A stretch of DNA of 34,558 bases, taken from an uncultured Flavobacteriaceae bacterium (lineage in GTDB: Bacteria > Bacteroidota > Bacteroidia > Flavobacteriales > Weeksellaceae). The position numbers were made by a program, and so were the translations under genes. The DNA is taken from positions 1 to 34,558 of the forward strand of contig CAUTLL010000001.1 in the NCBI GenBank assembly GCA_963539275.1. Reading direction: 5' to 3'. Shown one piece after another: positions 1 through 9,973 of the stretch (position 1 is the first letter of the stretch; every line of letters begins with the position of its first letter). The notes beneath the pieces are model-generated. The model saw only the letters and a list, made by a program, of their open reading frames with translations, made no database searches and was not told the origin of the DNA.

Positions 1-319
1 GTAGTAAAAAATTAGATACTGTAGGAATAATACCAATATTTATTCTCCCAGCTAAAATATTATTGAGTAGAGTAGCCTTATTTTTAAGCTCCATGATTGA
101 ATTCATCACGACTTTTGCTTGTTCTACGATTTGAATGCCTATATCAGTAGTTCGGATAGGGTGGCTGGTACGGTCAAAAATTTTTACATCTAATTCTTCT
201 TCTAATTTTTGGACCATAGCACTCAATGTAGGTTGTGTAATGAAACACGCCTGAGCAGCTTTCCCAAAGTGTCTGTATTTATCTACGGCAATTAAGTATT
301 CTAATTGTTGAATGTTCAT
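1..319 (-). CDS. LysR-family transcriptional regulator (OxyR-like), N-terminal part only; remainder lies off the left edge
   Basis: Absent from the ORF track because it is truncated by the window edge. The reverse complement from ATG 319..317 reads MNIQQLEYLIAVDKYRHFGKAAQACFITQPTLSAMVQKLEEELDVKIFDRTSHPIRTTDIG..., a canonical LysR wHTH signature. Confidence 0.8.
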   Translation of the reverse strand, partial: MNIQQLEYLIAVDKYRHFGKAAQACFITQPTLSAMVQKLEEELDVKIFDRTSHPIRTTDIGIQIVEQAKVVMNSIMELKNKATLLNNILAGRINIGIIPTVSNFLL

Positions 320-409
320 AATGAATAAAAACTTATCTTACAAAGGTAGGGAAAATAGTTGAAAAAGCTATCTTATTAAAACATTAAAAAGTTGCCAGAA
401 AGCAACTTT

Positions 410-760
410 TTAGTTAATTTTCCAAATGTGTTTTAACAATTTATAAAATTGATGTTCTCTATCGGTTACTTTATTATCCGCTTTGATTAAAGTTTTGGCA
501 AAGATTATAAATCTTTTTCTTTCATCTTCGGTGGAATCATCATAAAAGCAATGAGCATGAAATTCAAAATGATCTTTCCAAGCCTCAGGCTGAAGGGATG
601 CGATAGCTTCTAATTCGTTATCTAAATTAACTCTAAAAGGAAATTCTTCGGCTAAATATTCTTGAATTTTTATTCCCTCTTCTGGAGAAAACTTATGATC
701 TACAGCTGAAAGTATCATCAGCAAATGGTATCCTGCGATGGATTTGTTAGATTTTTTCAT
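410..760 (-). CDS. small cytoplasmic protein, possibly TerB-like; function uncertain
   Basis: 116-aa ORF packed tightly against the downstream gene. The pattern AGYHLLMILSAVDHKFSPEEGIKIQEYL resembles TerB-type helical domains. The family call comes from memory of the motif only. Confidence 0.6.
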   Translation of the reverse strand: MKKSNKSIAGYHLLMILSAVDHKFSPEEGIKIQEYLAEEFPFRVNLDNELEAIASLQPEAWKDHFEFHAHCFYDDSTEDERKRFIIFAKTLIKADNKVTDREHQFYKLLKHIWKIN

Positions 761-766
761 ATTGAT

Positions 767-1822
767 TTATTTACTAATAATTTTTCCTTTTTCTAATACT
801 AAGATAAATGGATTACTTCTTGCGATAGTTTTTATTGCGGTGGCATCCATAGTTGCGTTGGGGAGAATTTTGAATGTTTCAGGTTGAGGAGAAACACCGA
901 AAATTACAGCTTCACTATTTGATTGATTAACTATAGATTCCATTTTTGTTAATTCGTTTTTTTTGACTCTTTCAGGTTTATAAGAAAAAAGTAGCATAGC
1001 TTTTGGAGCATTAAGAATGCTATCCGTAATATCTTTTCCTTTAATATTTTCTATTCTGAAATGTTCAATAGCTGAAGTGTAACCTTGTTTATAAAGTTCA
1101 GATTTTGTTTTTTTAGGGAGAATTTCCCATTGGCTTATTTGCCAATAGTTTTTATTGATATAATCATCTTGATTAACTTCTAATTCTTTCCCTGTTTTTT
1201 TATTTTTTAAAGTATAAATTAGTTTGTATTGTGATGGATTTTGAGCAATTTTTTCTTTTTCGGTTTTAATATTCGTTCCGATTTTATAATCTCTAAAATC
1301 AATCAAAGGTTCATGATAAATTCCTGAAAATAAAATATATAGAAAAATTACAAAATATAAAATTGTACTCCAACCTTTTGCAATGTTAAATTTTGTATTT
1401 GGAACGGATTTTTTTTCATAAATCCAAAGGATTATTAATAAGAAAAGTAGGAGAATATCTTTACCAAAACTTTGCCAAGGAGTGAATTTAATGGCATCCC
1501 CGAAACAACCACAGTCTGTAACTACATTATAATAAGCAGAATAAAAAGTTAAAAATCCAAAGAAAATACATAAAGAAATTAAGGAAAGAAGAGTTACTTT
1601 AATTTGAATTTTAAGTAAAAGGAATAGACCTAAAATCAACTCTAATAGAACAATAAAAATTGCTATGAGAAGTGTAAAAGGGGCTAAAAATTCCAAATTA
1701 AACACCGTAGGAGAAAAATATTCTTCTAATTTGAAAGAAAATCCTATAGGGTCTATAGCTTTTACACCACCTGATAGGAGGAAAATTAAAGCGATTGCAA
1801 ACCTTAAGATTTCTTTAAACAT
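767..1822 (-). CDS. MauE/DoxX-type integral membrane protein with a C-terminal soluble (thioredoxin-like?) domain
   Basis: 351-aa ORF. The N-terminal half has about 4-5 hydrophobic helices and the TDCGCFGD motif typical of MauE/DoxX redox-associated membrane proteins. Confidence 0.7.
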   Translation of the reverse strand: MFKEILRFAIALIFLLSGGVKAIDPIGFSFKLEEYFSPTVFNLEFLAPFTLLIAIFIVLLELILGLFLLLKIQIKVTLLSLISLCIFFGFLTFYSAYYNVVTDCGCFGDAIKFTPWQSFGKDILLLFLLIILWIYEKKSVPNTKFNIAKGWSTILYFVIFLYILFSGIYHEPLIDFRDYKIGTNIKTEKEKIAQNPSQYKLIYTLKNKKTGKELEVNQDDYINKNYWQISQWEILPKKTKSELYKQGYTSAIEHFRIENIKGKDITDSILNAPKAMLLFSYKPERVKKNELTKMESIVNQSNSEAVIFGVSPQPETFKILPNATMDATAIKTIARSNPFILVLEKGKIISK

Positions 1823-1917
1823 AGATAGATTTTTTGCTAAAATACTAAAAAATGAGTAAAATTGTGCAATAAATTTTATATAGATAGTCGTTGAATTTTT
1901 GAAAAATAATTAAAATT

Positions 1918-2601
1918 GTGAAAATCAAATTTTTAGGGCATAATTGCTTTCTGATAAACTATAAAGGTAAAAATATTTTAACTGACCCTTTCTATAATTT
2001 TCAAAAAGAGCAATCGGGTTTTGAAATTTCAAAGCAAAATATTGATTTTGCGTTAATTACTCATGCTCATTATGATCATATAGCTGATGTGGCAGAGGTT
2101 TTGGAACATTATCCAAAAGCTACAATTATTGCTCAACCTGAAATTTGTACCTATTTTGGACATACTCACAATATCGATTTGAATATTGGGGGGACAACGA
2201 AGGTAGAAGATTTGGAGATTACTATGCTCCAAGCAACTCACACGAGTTCTTTCCCTGATGGTAGATATGGAGGAGTACCAAGTAGTTACATGCTGAGCTA
2301 TGAAGGAAAGAATATTTATCTTGCAGGAGATACAGGAATGATGACGGATATGCAGTGGTTTCCTAAAATTTTTGGAGAAATTTCTTTGGCGATTTTACCT
2401 ATAGGCGGATATTATACCATGGATGCAAAGTTAGCAAGTTTTGTAGCAGCAGAGTTTTTGAAAGCATCTAAAGTATTGGCTTGTCATTTTGATACTTTTC
2501 CGCCTATTGCTATTAACCATGAAGAAGTATTAAAATTTTTTGAAGAAAAAGGAGTTGAATTAATTTTACCTAAATTAGGTGTGGAAATAGAGTTAAAATA
2601 A
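1918..2601 (+). CDS. MBL-fold metal-dependent hydrolase (UPF0173 type)
   Basis: 227 aa with a GTG start. The HxHxDH motif is present as THAHYDH, and the length matches the UPF0173 family. Confidence 0.85.
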   Translation: MKIKFLGHNCFLINYKGKNILTDPFYNFQKEQSGFEISKQNIDFALITHAHYDHIADVAEVLEHYPKATIIAQPEICTYFGHTHNIDLNIGGTTKVEDLEITMLQATHTSSFPDGRYGGVPSSYMLSYEGKNIYLAGDTGMMTDMQWFPKIFGEISLAILPIGGYYTMDAKLASFVAAEFLKASKVLACHFDTFPPIAINHEEVLKFFEEKGVELILPKLGVEIELK

Positions 2602-2612
2602 AAGATAATAAA

Positions 2613-2951
2613 ATGAGAATTATACTTAATTTATTGATTAATGCGATCATCGCTTATGTGCTTCAACGATTATTAGATGGAGTACATTTTGTAGATTTTG
2701 GAACGGCGGTTATTTTTGCTATTATTCTGGGAGTTCTTAATATTTTTGTAAAACCTGTATTGCAAATACTGAGTTTGCCCTTGACGATTTTTACCTTTGG
2801 GTTATTCTCATTGATTATTAATGCTGTGATTGTTTTACTAGCTGGGGCTTTTATAGATGGAGTTGTTATTGAAGGTATTGGTTCTACATTGATATTTAGT
2901 ATATTGTTGTCCGTTTTGACATCAATATTTAGGATAAGTAGTGAAGATTAA
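2613..2951 (+). CDS. small 4-TM membrane protein (phage holin family 4 / DUF360-like)
   Basis: 112 aa, almost entirely hydrophobic helices, starting 12 nt after the upstream gene. Confidence 0.7.
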   Translation: MRIILNLLINAIIAYVLQRLLDGVHFVDFGTAVIFAIILGVLNIFVKPVLQILSLPLTIFTFGLFSLIINAVIVLLAGAFIDGVVIEGIGSTLIFSILLSVLTSIFRISSED

Positions 2952-2997
2952 GAAAATGAAAAATAAAAGGAATTAATAAATTTTATTATTAGTCATG

Positions 2998-3098
2998 AAA
3001 AAAGGCAAGCTATCTACATCACACCGCTACGACCGATTACCTTTGCTGTGTTCCCACCCTGGAGGATTTTCAGGAGCTGGTTGTGTAGGACTTGCCAC
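2998..3098 (-). ncRNA. ffs: signal recognition particle RNA (small bacterial 4.5S type)
   Basis: A GC-enriched island of about 100 nt in an AT-rich spacer. The minus strand forms a long hairpin, GGCAAG...CUUGCC plus a U6 tail. Its apex reads AGG-GUG-GGAA-CAC-AGCA (plus 3044..3060). That aligns position for position with E. coli 4.5S domain IV, AGG-UCC-GGAA-GGA-AGCA, with a compensatory stem change. A TATATTTG box lies just upstream. The ends are good to about 5 nt. Confidence 0.8.
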
Positions 3099-3100
3099 TG

Positions 3101-3108
3101 CAAATATA
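3101..3108 (-). promoter_or_regulatory. Bacteroidota -7 promoter box (TATATTTG) for the SRP RNA
   Basis: Exact TAnnTTTG match on the minus strand, a few nt upstream of the 5' arm of the SRP hairpin. Confidence 0.55.
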
Positions 3109-3220
3109 TGAATTGCAGGATAATAATATAGTTATTTTTGCTATAATATTAATAAATAATTTATAAATCATTGATAATCAATATTAAAATATTTTATATA
3201 GAAAAATGAATAGTTTTATG

Positions 3221-3228
3221 TAAATTTG
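3221..3228 (+). promoter_or_regulatory. Bacteroidota -7 promoter box (TAAATTTG) for the glycosyltransferase gene
   Basis: Exact TAnnTTTG match 26 nt upstream of ATG 3254. Confidence 0.5.
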
Positions 3229-3253
3229 GGCAAATTTTTTGAAGATTTTTATA

Positions 3254-4207
3254 ATGAATTTATCTATAGTAATTCCTTTATTGAATGAGGAAGAATCACT
3301 TAGCGAATTATTTTTTAGAATTAATAAAGTATGTTTGGAGAATGAAATTTCGTATGAAATCTGGTTCATAGACGATGGTAGTACGGATAATTCTTGGGAG
3401 ATAATAGAGTGGTTTTGTAAGGAAAATGATAATATTCATGCAATAAAATTTTCCCAAAATTATGGAAAATCACAGGCTCTTCATGCAGCTTTTGAGAAGG
3501 TACAGGGCGAGGTAGTTATTACCATGGATGCGGATTTGCAAGACTTCCCTGAAGAGATTCCAGAACTGTATAATATGGTGAAAAATGAGAATTATGATAT
3601 TGTTAGTGGCTGGAAAAAGAAAAGGTTTGATAATGTGGTGACTAAAAATCTTCCTTCAAAACTTTTTAATGCAGCTGCGAGAAAGGTATCTGGGGTTTAT
3701 CTTCATGATTTTAATTGTGGTCTCAAAGCTTATAAAAAGCAGGTGGTAAAATCTATAGATGTTTATGGTGATATGCATCGTTATATTCCTGTTTTAGCAG
3801 CGAATGCTGGATTTAATAGAATTATAGAAAAAGAGGTGAGGCATCAGGCTAGACCTTATGGAAGTTCTAAATTTGGAACGGAGAGATTTATACGAGGTTT
3901 TCTGGATTTGGTAACGCTTTGGTTTGTGAGTCGTTTTGGAGGGAGGCCTATGCATTTTTTCGGTTCTGTAGGAACATTGATGTTTTTAATTGGTTTTTGT
4001 TCTGCATTTTGGTTAGGAATTTCAAAGTTATATCATGTTTATGTGAAGAAAATTTATGGGCATTTAATTGTAGAAACACCATGGTTTTTTATCGCTCTTA
4101 CGATGATGATTTTAGGAACATTATTGTTTGTTTCTGGTTTTTTAGGAGAGCTGATTATCAGAACGAATAGAGGGCATAAAAATTATCATATAGAAAATGA
4201 AATTTAA
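3254..4207 (+). CDS. family 2 glycosyltransferase, polyprenyl-phosphate sugar transferase type (GtrB/ArnC/DPM1-like) with C-terminal TM helices
   Basis: The protein starts MNLSIVIPLLNEEESL and contains DDGSTDNS and the TMDADLQD (DxD) motif. Two C-terminal TM helices are present. The track start TTG 3239 is probably too early; ATG 3254 is preferred. Confidence 0.85.
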   Translation: MNLSIVIPLLNEEESLSELFFRINKVCLENEISYEIWFIDDGSTDNSWEIIEWFCKENDNIHAIKFSQNYGKSQALHAAFEKVQGEVVITMDADLQDFPEEIPELYNMVKNENYDIVSGWKKKRFDNVVTKNLPSKLFNAAARKVSGVYLHDFNCGLKAYKKQVVKSIDVYGDMHRYIPVLAANAGFNRIIEKEVRHQARPYGSSKFGTERFIRGFLDLVTLWFVSRFGGRPMHFFGSVGTLMFLIGFCSAFWLGISKLYHVYVKKIYGHLIVETPWFFIALTMMILGTLLFVSGFLGELIIRTNRGHKNYHIENEI

Positions 4208-4227
4208 GAAAAAAATAAAAAATTATA

Positions 4228-5940
4228 ATGACAACAATAGAAAAAGCAAAAAGTTGGCTTACAGAAACTTTTGATGAGGAAATAAGATTACAAGTTCAAG
4301 CTTTGATTGATGAAAATTCTTCTGAATTAGAGGATTCTTTTTATAAAAATTTGGAGTTTGGAACAGGAGGAATGCGTGGGATAATGGGAGTAGGAACTAA
4401 TCGATTGAATAAATATACTCTTGGACAAGCAACTCAGGGATTGACAGATTATCTGCATCAGCAATTTCCACAAGAAGATATTAAAGTAGCGATAGCTTAT
4501 GATGTAAGAAATAATTCTAAGAAATTTGGAAAAATAGTGGCTGATGTTTTAACAGCGAATGGGATTAGAGTTCTGTTATTTAAGGAACACAGACCTACCC
4601 CTGAGCTTTCTTTCACTGTGAGAAATAAAAAATGTCATGCAGGAATTGTCTTGACTGCATCTCACAATCCACCAGAATATAATGGCTATAAAGTGTATTG
4701 GAATGATGGAGCACAGATTGTGCCACCACATGATGCCGCAATTATAGAGCAGGTGCAAAATACTAAATTTGAGGATATTAAATTTAATGGAGATGATAAC
4801 CTTATAGAGTGGATAGATGAGAAGCAAGATGAGGTGTATATTGAAGCGTGTATGGAAGCATCTCTTTATCAGAATGTTGGAAGGGAGAATTTGAACATTG
4901 TTTTTACAGCTATCCATGGGACAACTTATACTACTATTCCAAAAGCACTAAAAAAAGCAGGATTTACTAAGGTAGATTTAGTAGAGGAACAGATGATACC
5001 AAGTGGAAATTTCCCTACGGTGGATAGCCCAAATCCTGAGGAACCATCGGCTTTAAGGATGGCTATGGATTTAGCAAAAATAAAAAATGCAGATATTGTA
5101 ATTGGTTGTGATCCTGATGGAGATAGATTGGGAATTGCGGTAAGGAATTTAGAAGGGGAAATACAGTTATTAAATGGAAATCAAACGAATATGATTTTGA
5201 CCGATTATATTCTAAACCAATGGCAAAAAGAGGGGAAAATCACAGGTGAAGAATTTATTGGTTCTACAATTGTAACTTCTGATGTGTTTTTTGATTTAGC
5301 AAAATACTATGGAGTAGGGTGTAAGGCTGGGCTTACGGGTTTTAAGTGGATTGGAAAGATGATTAGCGATGTGGAAGGTAAGGAAAAATTTATTTGTGGA
5401 GGAGAGGAGAGTTTTGGTTTTATGACTGGGGATTTTGTAAGGGATAAAGATTCGTGTGGCTCTATTTTATTAGCTTGTGAAATTGCAGCTTGGTGTAAGG
5501 CAAATGGTAAGACCATGTATCAGTATATGATAGAGATTTATCAAAGATTGGGACTTTATCAAGAAGGATTAGTGAATATTGTCAGAAAAGGCAAGGAAGG
5601 TGCGGAACAAATCAAGCAGATGATGACGGATTTTAGAAATAGTCCTGTATCATCATTGGCTGGGGCAAAAGTAGTTTTGGTAAAGGATTTTCAGGAGCAA
5701 ACAGCATGGGATTTGGTGACAAATGAAAAAGTAATGATGAATGATATTCCAATATCTAATGTGCTCATTTATTATACAGAAGATGGTTCCAAAGTGGCAA
5801 TTCGCCCGTCGGGAACAGAACCGAAAATTAAATTCTATTTTTCAGTAAAAGATAAGATATCTTCATTGAAGGAATATACTTCAAAAGTTGATATTTTAGA
5901 AAAAAAGATAGAAATGATTAAAAAAGATTTAGGATTATAA
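4228..5940 (+). CDS. phosphoglucomutase / phosphomannomutase family phospho-sugar mutase
   Basis: 570 aa. It carries the active-site loop TASHNPPEYNGYK, the Mg-binding motif GCDPDGDR and the sugar-binding motif GGEESFG. Confidence 0.9.
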   Translation: MTTIEKAKSWLTETFDEEIRLQVQALIDENSSELEDSFYKNLEFGTGGMRGIMGVGTNRLNKYTLGQATQGLTDYLHQQFPQEDIKVAIAYDVRNNSKKFGKIVADVLTANGIRVLLFKEHRPTPELSFTVRNKKCHAGIVLTASHNPPEYNGYKVYWNDGAQIVPPHDAAIIEQVQNTKFEDIKFNGDDNLIEWIDEKQDEVYIEACMEASLYQNVGRENLNIVFTAIHGTTYTTIPKALKKAGFTKVDLVEEQMIPSGNFPTVDSPNPEEPSALRMAMDLAKIKNADIVIGCDPDGDRLGIAVRNLEGEIQLLNGNQTNMILTDYILNQWQKEGKITGEEFIGSTIVTSDVFFDLAKYYGVGCKAGLTGFKWIGKMISDVEGKEKFICGGEESFGFMTGDFVRDKDSCGSILLACEIAAWCKANGKTMYQYMIEIYQRLGLYQEGLVNIVRKGKEGAEQIKQMMTDFRNSPVSSLAGAKVVLVKDFQEQTAWDLVTNEKVMMNDIPISNVLIYYTEDGSKVAIRPSGTEPKIKFYFSVKDKISSLKEYTSKVDILEKKIEMIKKDLGL

Positions 5941-5976
5941 AAAAAACCGAGTAATATTTTATTACTCGGTTTTTTA
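5941..5976. terminator. bidirectional intrinsic terminator between convergent genes
   Basis: The perfect 10-bp stem ACCGAGTAAT/ATTACTCGGT is flanked by an A-run on the left and a T-run on the right. Confidence 0.8.
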
Positions 5977-6003
5977 TAGAAAAATTTGAAGTAAAATGAA
6001 AAA

Positions 6004-6675
6004 TTATTTTTTCTTACGAGGGATAAATTTTACCTCTTTGACTAATTCTTTGAATTTAGCAAATTGTTCTGGAGTAAGAGTTTTTTCTATCACTGCTTTT
6101 CTTTGAGCATCGAATTTTTCCCAATATTCTTTTGCTAAATCGTTATTTCCATGATAGATATCATGAGCATCATGGAAGGACTTTTCAAAAGCATCATTTG
6201 CAGCATTTATTATTTTCATTTGTTCTTCAGAAAGTCCTACTTCTTGCTGTATTTTTGTTAGAAGTTGGTCATTGTATCTAGGTCTTTTTCTGGTATTTTC
6301 TTCTATGAATTTATTGAAAACTATCATCTGTTTGGCGGTAAGGACTTTTGCCATTTCCTCAGCTTGTTGAAGGGTAAGTTCTTCATTTTTAATTCCTAAT
6401 GCTACCCTATCCATTTTATCACTTTTCTTAGCAGCTTCTCGGCTTTCTTCAATTAATTTTTGATATTTAGTAACAATTTCATCAAAAGATTTTTCTTTTT
6501 CAGCCTCTAATTTTAATTCGGCTTTTACGGAAGAAAAATCTAAGGGTTGTCTTTTTTGATGTCCTGCTTTTTCTTCTTTTTGATGTGTTTGCTCTTGTTT
6601 TTTTTCTTCTTTTTGGCATGATACTATTACAGTTGATGCCAAGAGTCCCGTATAAAATAAATGTGTAAGTTTCAT
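6004..6675 (-). CDS. periplasmic lipoprotein with repeated LTXXQ motifs (Spy/CpxP-like)
   Basis: The signal peptide plus lipobox is (..TVIVSC). The protein is K/E-rich and helical, with LTLQQ, LTAKQ, LSEEQ and LTPEQ motifs. It lies directly downstream of the TonB-dependent receptor. Confidence 0.65.
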   Translation of the reverse strand: MKLTHLFYTGLLASTVIVSCQKEEKKQEQTHQKEEKAGHQKRQPLDFSSVKAELKLEAEKEKSFDEIVTKYQKLIEESREAAKKSDKMDRVALGIKNEELTLQQAEEMAKVLTAKQMIVFNKFIEENTRKRPRYNDQLLTKIQQEVGLSEEQMKIINAANDAFEKSFHDAHDIYHGNNDLAKEYWEKFDAQRKAVIEKTLTPEQFAKFKELVKEVKFIPRKKK

Positions 6676-6698
6676 ATTTGAAAAATTAAGTTTTTTAA

Positions 6699-8873
6699 TT
6701 AAAATTTATAATTTACTTGTACGGCAAAGTTTCTTGGGTCTGTCCTATTGATAAATCCACCTCTGTAATAAGCACTGTATCCGATAGAATTGCCGAGATT
6801 ATTTGCAAATATTTTAATTTCGATATTTTTATATATATAGCCTATCTGAGCATTGATAGTAGTATATGCATTAAAATCAAAATATTTAGTAGCGTCAGTA
6901 TTATGGATAATATTAGCTTTTAATACATGGTCATTAGATGGCCTTTTACCTACATAATAGATACCTCCTCCGAAGTTTAATCCTTTTAGAGTACCATTGC
7001 GGAAGGTGTAATTTACCCAGCCGTTTGCAGTGTGTTTGGCAGTCATAATAGGTGCAGAACCATCTACATAACTAGGGCTATCTTTGTATTGGGCATCTAA
7101 ATAAGAGTATCCTGCCATGATTTCTAATTCAGGAAGAATTTTCCCTACTAATTCAGCCTCTACTCCTTTTCTTTTTAAATTACCTGCTAATCCGTAGAAA
7201 GGCGTTTTATTTCCAGCTGTATCTGTAATTATATAAGAAAGATTATTAAGATTCATTTTGAAGAAATTAATATTAAATTTTAATTTTTCATCGAACCAAT
7301 CTGTCTTTATCCCTGTTTCCCATTGCTTAGTTTTAGAAGGACCAACAGTGCCTCCATGTTCCAGAGGTTTATTATTATCTCTTAAATCAGTAGAAGTAGT
7401 GTAGGAGAAATATAAATTAATATTTTTAATAGGGGACATTATTATCCCAACAGATGGGTCCCAAGCATATTTTCTCCCTTTTTGAGAGTTTCCGTTAAAT
7501 TTACTATATCTAATACCTCCTGATAGTTTTACATATTCTGTGAACTCCAAAACTTCTTGTGCCATGACACCTATGGTAGGAGTTGCAGGGTTAATGATGC
7601 TTCCTGTTTTTGTAATGGTATTTACTTGATTTAATTGTGTAGGAGTTAGGATGTTAGTAAAATCTTCTATAGTGTTTATTACATCTATATCTATATCTTT
7701 GGAGTAGGTATAAGTTTCTGTTTGAGATTGTCGCCAATCAAAACCTACTTGAAAAGTGTGTTTTAAGATTCCTGTTTTAATATCATGTCCTATAAAATCT
7801 ACTTGAAATACCTTGCTCAAATCTTTACCACCACTTTTTCCTACGGTTCTTTTTCTCATTGCATAATTGATATTATCTTTACCGATAGTGTTGAGCTTGC
7901 CAGTGGCGAGGGATTCATTTTCATTGTCCATTGCCATATAAGCTGCACGGATTTTCAATTTATCGGATAATTTTCTATCGGCAGAAATCATATAACTATA
8001 AGAAATTTCCTCAGTTCTATCAGACTTAAAACCGAAGAATTTTTCTTTGACATCATAAATAGCATAAATGCCGTTATTTGCTAGATTGATAGTCCCTCTA
8101 TTTGGAGTTCTTTCATTGTTAAGGTAATCCATTTGCAAGATGAATTCTGTTTTATCATCTGGGCGGAAGGCTACGGATGGATTTATATAAATACGCTCAC
8201 CTTTTACATGATTTGTGAAAGAATGATTTTTTTGGTAAGCTACATTGAGACGAACAGCGACTTTTCCATTTTTATCTAAAACTCTTTGAAAATCTAATGT
8301 AGGACGGAAAGTATCCCAATTTCCATAGCGAAAGCCAATATTAGTAGTATTGATGAATTTTGGAGTTTTTGTAATAATATTAATGACTCCTCCTGGTGAG
8401 CCTAATGAGTTTGTAACACCTTGAGTAATAGCTGCTACTCCACGGATAACCTGAATGCTCTCAACTCCTTGCATATCAGCAATCATAGAACTTCTTCTAA
8501 AATCAGAGTTCATCAAAACTCCATTTTTTAAGGTTGGAGTTCCTCTATATCCTCTAATGGACATACTTTCTGAACCTCCTCCATAATTACTGAATAGCAC
8601 TACGCCTGGAATGTTTCTTGCAGCTTCTGTGATGGTTAGAGCTCCCATTTCAGAGATAGCCTTATGAGAAATTATGGAAATATTTTGTACTTGTTCTTGT
8701 GGGCTTAAAGGTAGGCGGGTAATGATTTCTAAGCCTTTGGGCTGTTTTTTGCTTTCGCCGAAAAGCTCTATTTCTTCAATATCAGATACTTTATTTATAG
8801 AATCTTTTTTTACTTGAGCATTGATATGAACGATGCCTGAAAGGGCAAACGCTCCAATGATTAGTTTATTCAT
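6699..8873 (-). CDS. TonB-dependent outer-membrane receptor (siderophore/metal type)
   Basis: 724 aa with a signal peptide. The plug domain is (ITRLP..., IQVIRGVAAITQG), followed by a long beta-barrel and a C-terminal aromatic residue (..VNYKF). Confidence 0.9.
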   Translation of the reverse strand: MNKLIIGAFALSGIVHINAQVKKDSINKVSDIEEIELFGESKKQPKGLEIITRLPLSPQEQVQNISIISHKAISEMGALTITEAARNIPGVVLFSNYGGGSESMSIRGYRGTPTLKNGVLMNSDFRRSSMIADMQGVESIQVIRGVAAITQGVTNSLGSPGGVINIITKTPKFINTTNIGFRYGNWDTFRPTLDFQRVLDKNGKVAVRLNVAYQKNHSFTNHVKGERIYINPSVAFRPDDKTEFILQMDYLNNERTPNRGTINLANNGIYAIYDVKEKFFGFKSDRTEEISYSYMISADRKLSDKLKIRAAYMAMDNENESLATGKLNTIGKDNINYAMRKRTVGKSGGKDLSKVFQVDFIGHDIKTGILKHTFQVGFDWRQSQTETYTYSKDIDIDVINTIEDFTNILTPTQLNQVNTITKTGSIINPATPTIGVMAQEVLEFTEYVKLSGGIRYSKFNGNSQKGRKYAWDPSVGIIMSPIKNINLYFSYTTSTDLRDNNKPLEHGGTVGPSKTKQWETGIKTDWFDEKLKFNINFFKMNLNNLSYIITDTAGNKTPFYGLAGNLKRKGVEAELVGKILPELEIMAGYSYLDAQYKDSPSYVDGSAPIMTAKHTANGWVNYTFRNGTLKGLNFGGGIYYVGKRPSNDHVLKANIIHNTDATKYFDFNAYTTINAQIGYIYKNIEIKIFANNLGNSIGYSAYYRGGFINRTDPRNFAVQVNYKF

Positions 8874-8991
8874 AATGATTTTAATGTAAATTAAATTTTT
8901 GCAAATATATTATTTTTATTTATTCTAAATAACGCTTGGTTTAAATTTTTTATTGATAAAGATATTTTCATAAGGGATAAATTCAAAGTTT

Positions 8992-9936
8992 TTGTATATT
9001 GTGAACAAATTTTTAGCTTTGAGTGTAATACTTACAATTTTAGGATATAATTCAGCGATACCCACTATAAAATCAGCTCCTACTGCTCAATTTTTAGAAA
9101 TGAGCGAAAGAAATTTTTTGATAGATTGTGGAGAAGGGACTCAAGTACAACTCCGAAGAGCGAAAGCGAAATTTTCTAAAATTAATCATATTTTTATTTC
9201 GCATTTGCATGGCGACCATTGTTTTGGACTGCCGGGTTTGGTTTCTTCCTTTCAGTTGTTAGGAAGGGAGACCCCCTTGCATATTTATGGCCCAAAAGGA
9301 ATAAAGGAGTTAATGGAAGTTATATTAAAATTGACAGAAACGAATAAGGGGTTTGATTTGATTTTTCATGAATTAGAATCCAAAAAATCTGAACTTATTT
9401 TTGAAGATAATAGAGTGGAGGTTCATACAATTCCTTTGAAGCACAGAATTTATTGTAATGGATATTTATTTAAGGAAAAGCCTAAATCTCGGCATCTTAA
9501 TATGCAGGAAATAAAAAAATATCCAGAGATAGAAATTTGTGATTATCAAAATATCAAAAATGGAAAAGATTTTATCTTAAAAGACGGGTATATTATTAAT
9601 AATGAGATTCTTACATTGCCGCCAGAGGCATCGGTTTCTTATGCCTTTTGTAGCGATACACAATATTCAGAATCTATTGTTCCTATTATACAAGGAGTGG
9701 ATTTGCTCTATCATGAGGCAACTTTTTTAGATGAAATGAAGGATTTAGTGAAATATACGGGACATTCTACGGCATTAGAAGCTGCAAAAATTGCTCAAAA
9801 AGCAAAGGTTAAAAAACTAATTTTAGGTCATTTTTCTAACCGCTATTCTGATTATACCGAATTTGAGCAAGAAGCGAGGACTATTTTTGAGAATACTTTT
9901 GTTCCAGAAATTTTGAAACCGATAAAAATTGGTTAA
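8992..9936 (+). CDS. rnz: ribonuclease Z (tRNA 3' endonuclease, MBL fold)
   Basis: Motifs LIDCGEGTQ and HLHGDH, with the C-terminal LILGHFSNRY. The start is uncertain: the track gives TTG 8992, while TTG 9019 (LSVILTILGYNS) would give a more typical N-terminus. Confidence 0.85.
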   Translation: MYIVNKFLALSVILTILGYNSAIPTIKSAPTAQFLEMSERNFLIDCGEGTQVQLRRAKAKFSKINHIFISHLHGDHCFGLPGLVSSFQLLGRETPLHIYGPKGIKELMEVILKLTETNKGFDLIFHELESKKSELIFEDNRVEVHTIPLKHRIYCNGYLFKEKPKSRHLNMQEIKKYPEIEICDYQNIKNGKDFILKDGYIINNEILTLPPEASVSYAFCSDTQYSESIVPIIQGVDLLYHEATFLDEMKDLVKYTGHSTALEAAKIAQKAKVKKLILGHFSNRYSDYTEFEQEARTIFENTFVPEILKPIKIG

Positions 9937-9973
9937 TTGTAGAAGTGTATTTATAAAAATATAAACCAAATAG

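Noticed and set aside
3170-3182. Perfect palindrome ATTGATAATCAAT resembling the core of a Fur box (TGATAATCA)
   Set aside because: It is a short AT-only palindrome in a very AT-rich spacer between the SRP RNA and a glycosyltransferase gene. There is no iron-related gene context, and I saw no comparable site upstream of the TonB-dependent receptor at 8874-8990. It is likely chance.
2053-5516. Antisense or overlapping track ORFs within housekeeping genes (2053..2241-, 3184..3369-, 3919..4170+, 4576..4917-, 5307..5516-). Similar cases are 1665..1859+, 6717..6923+, 7785..7970+, 10118..10318-, 10955..11140+, 14120..14534+, 15864..16953 and 17751..18035+.
   Set aside because: Each lies wholly inside a longer ORF with clear family motifs on the other strand or in another frame. 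Their composition is typical of AT-rich shadow frames.
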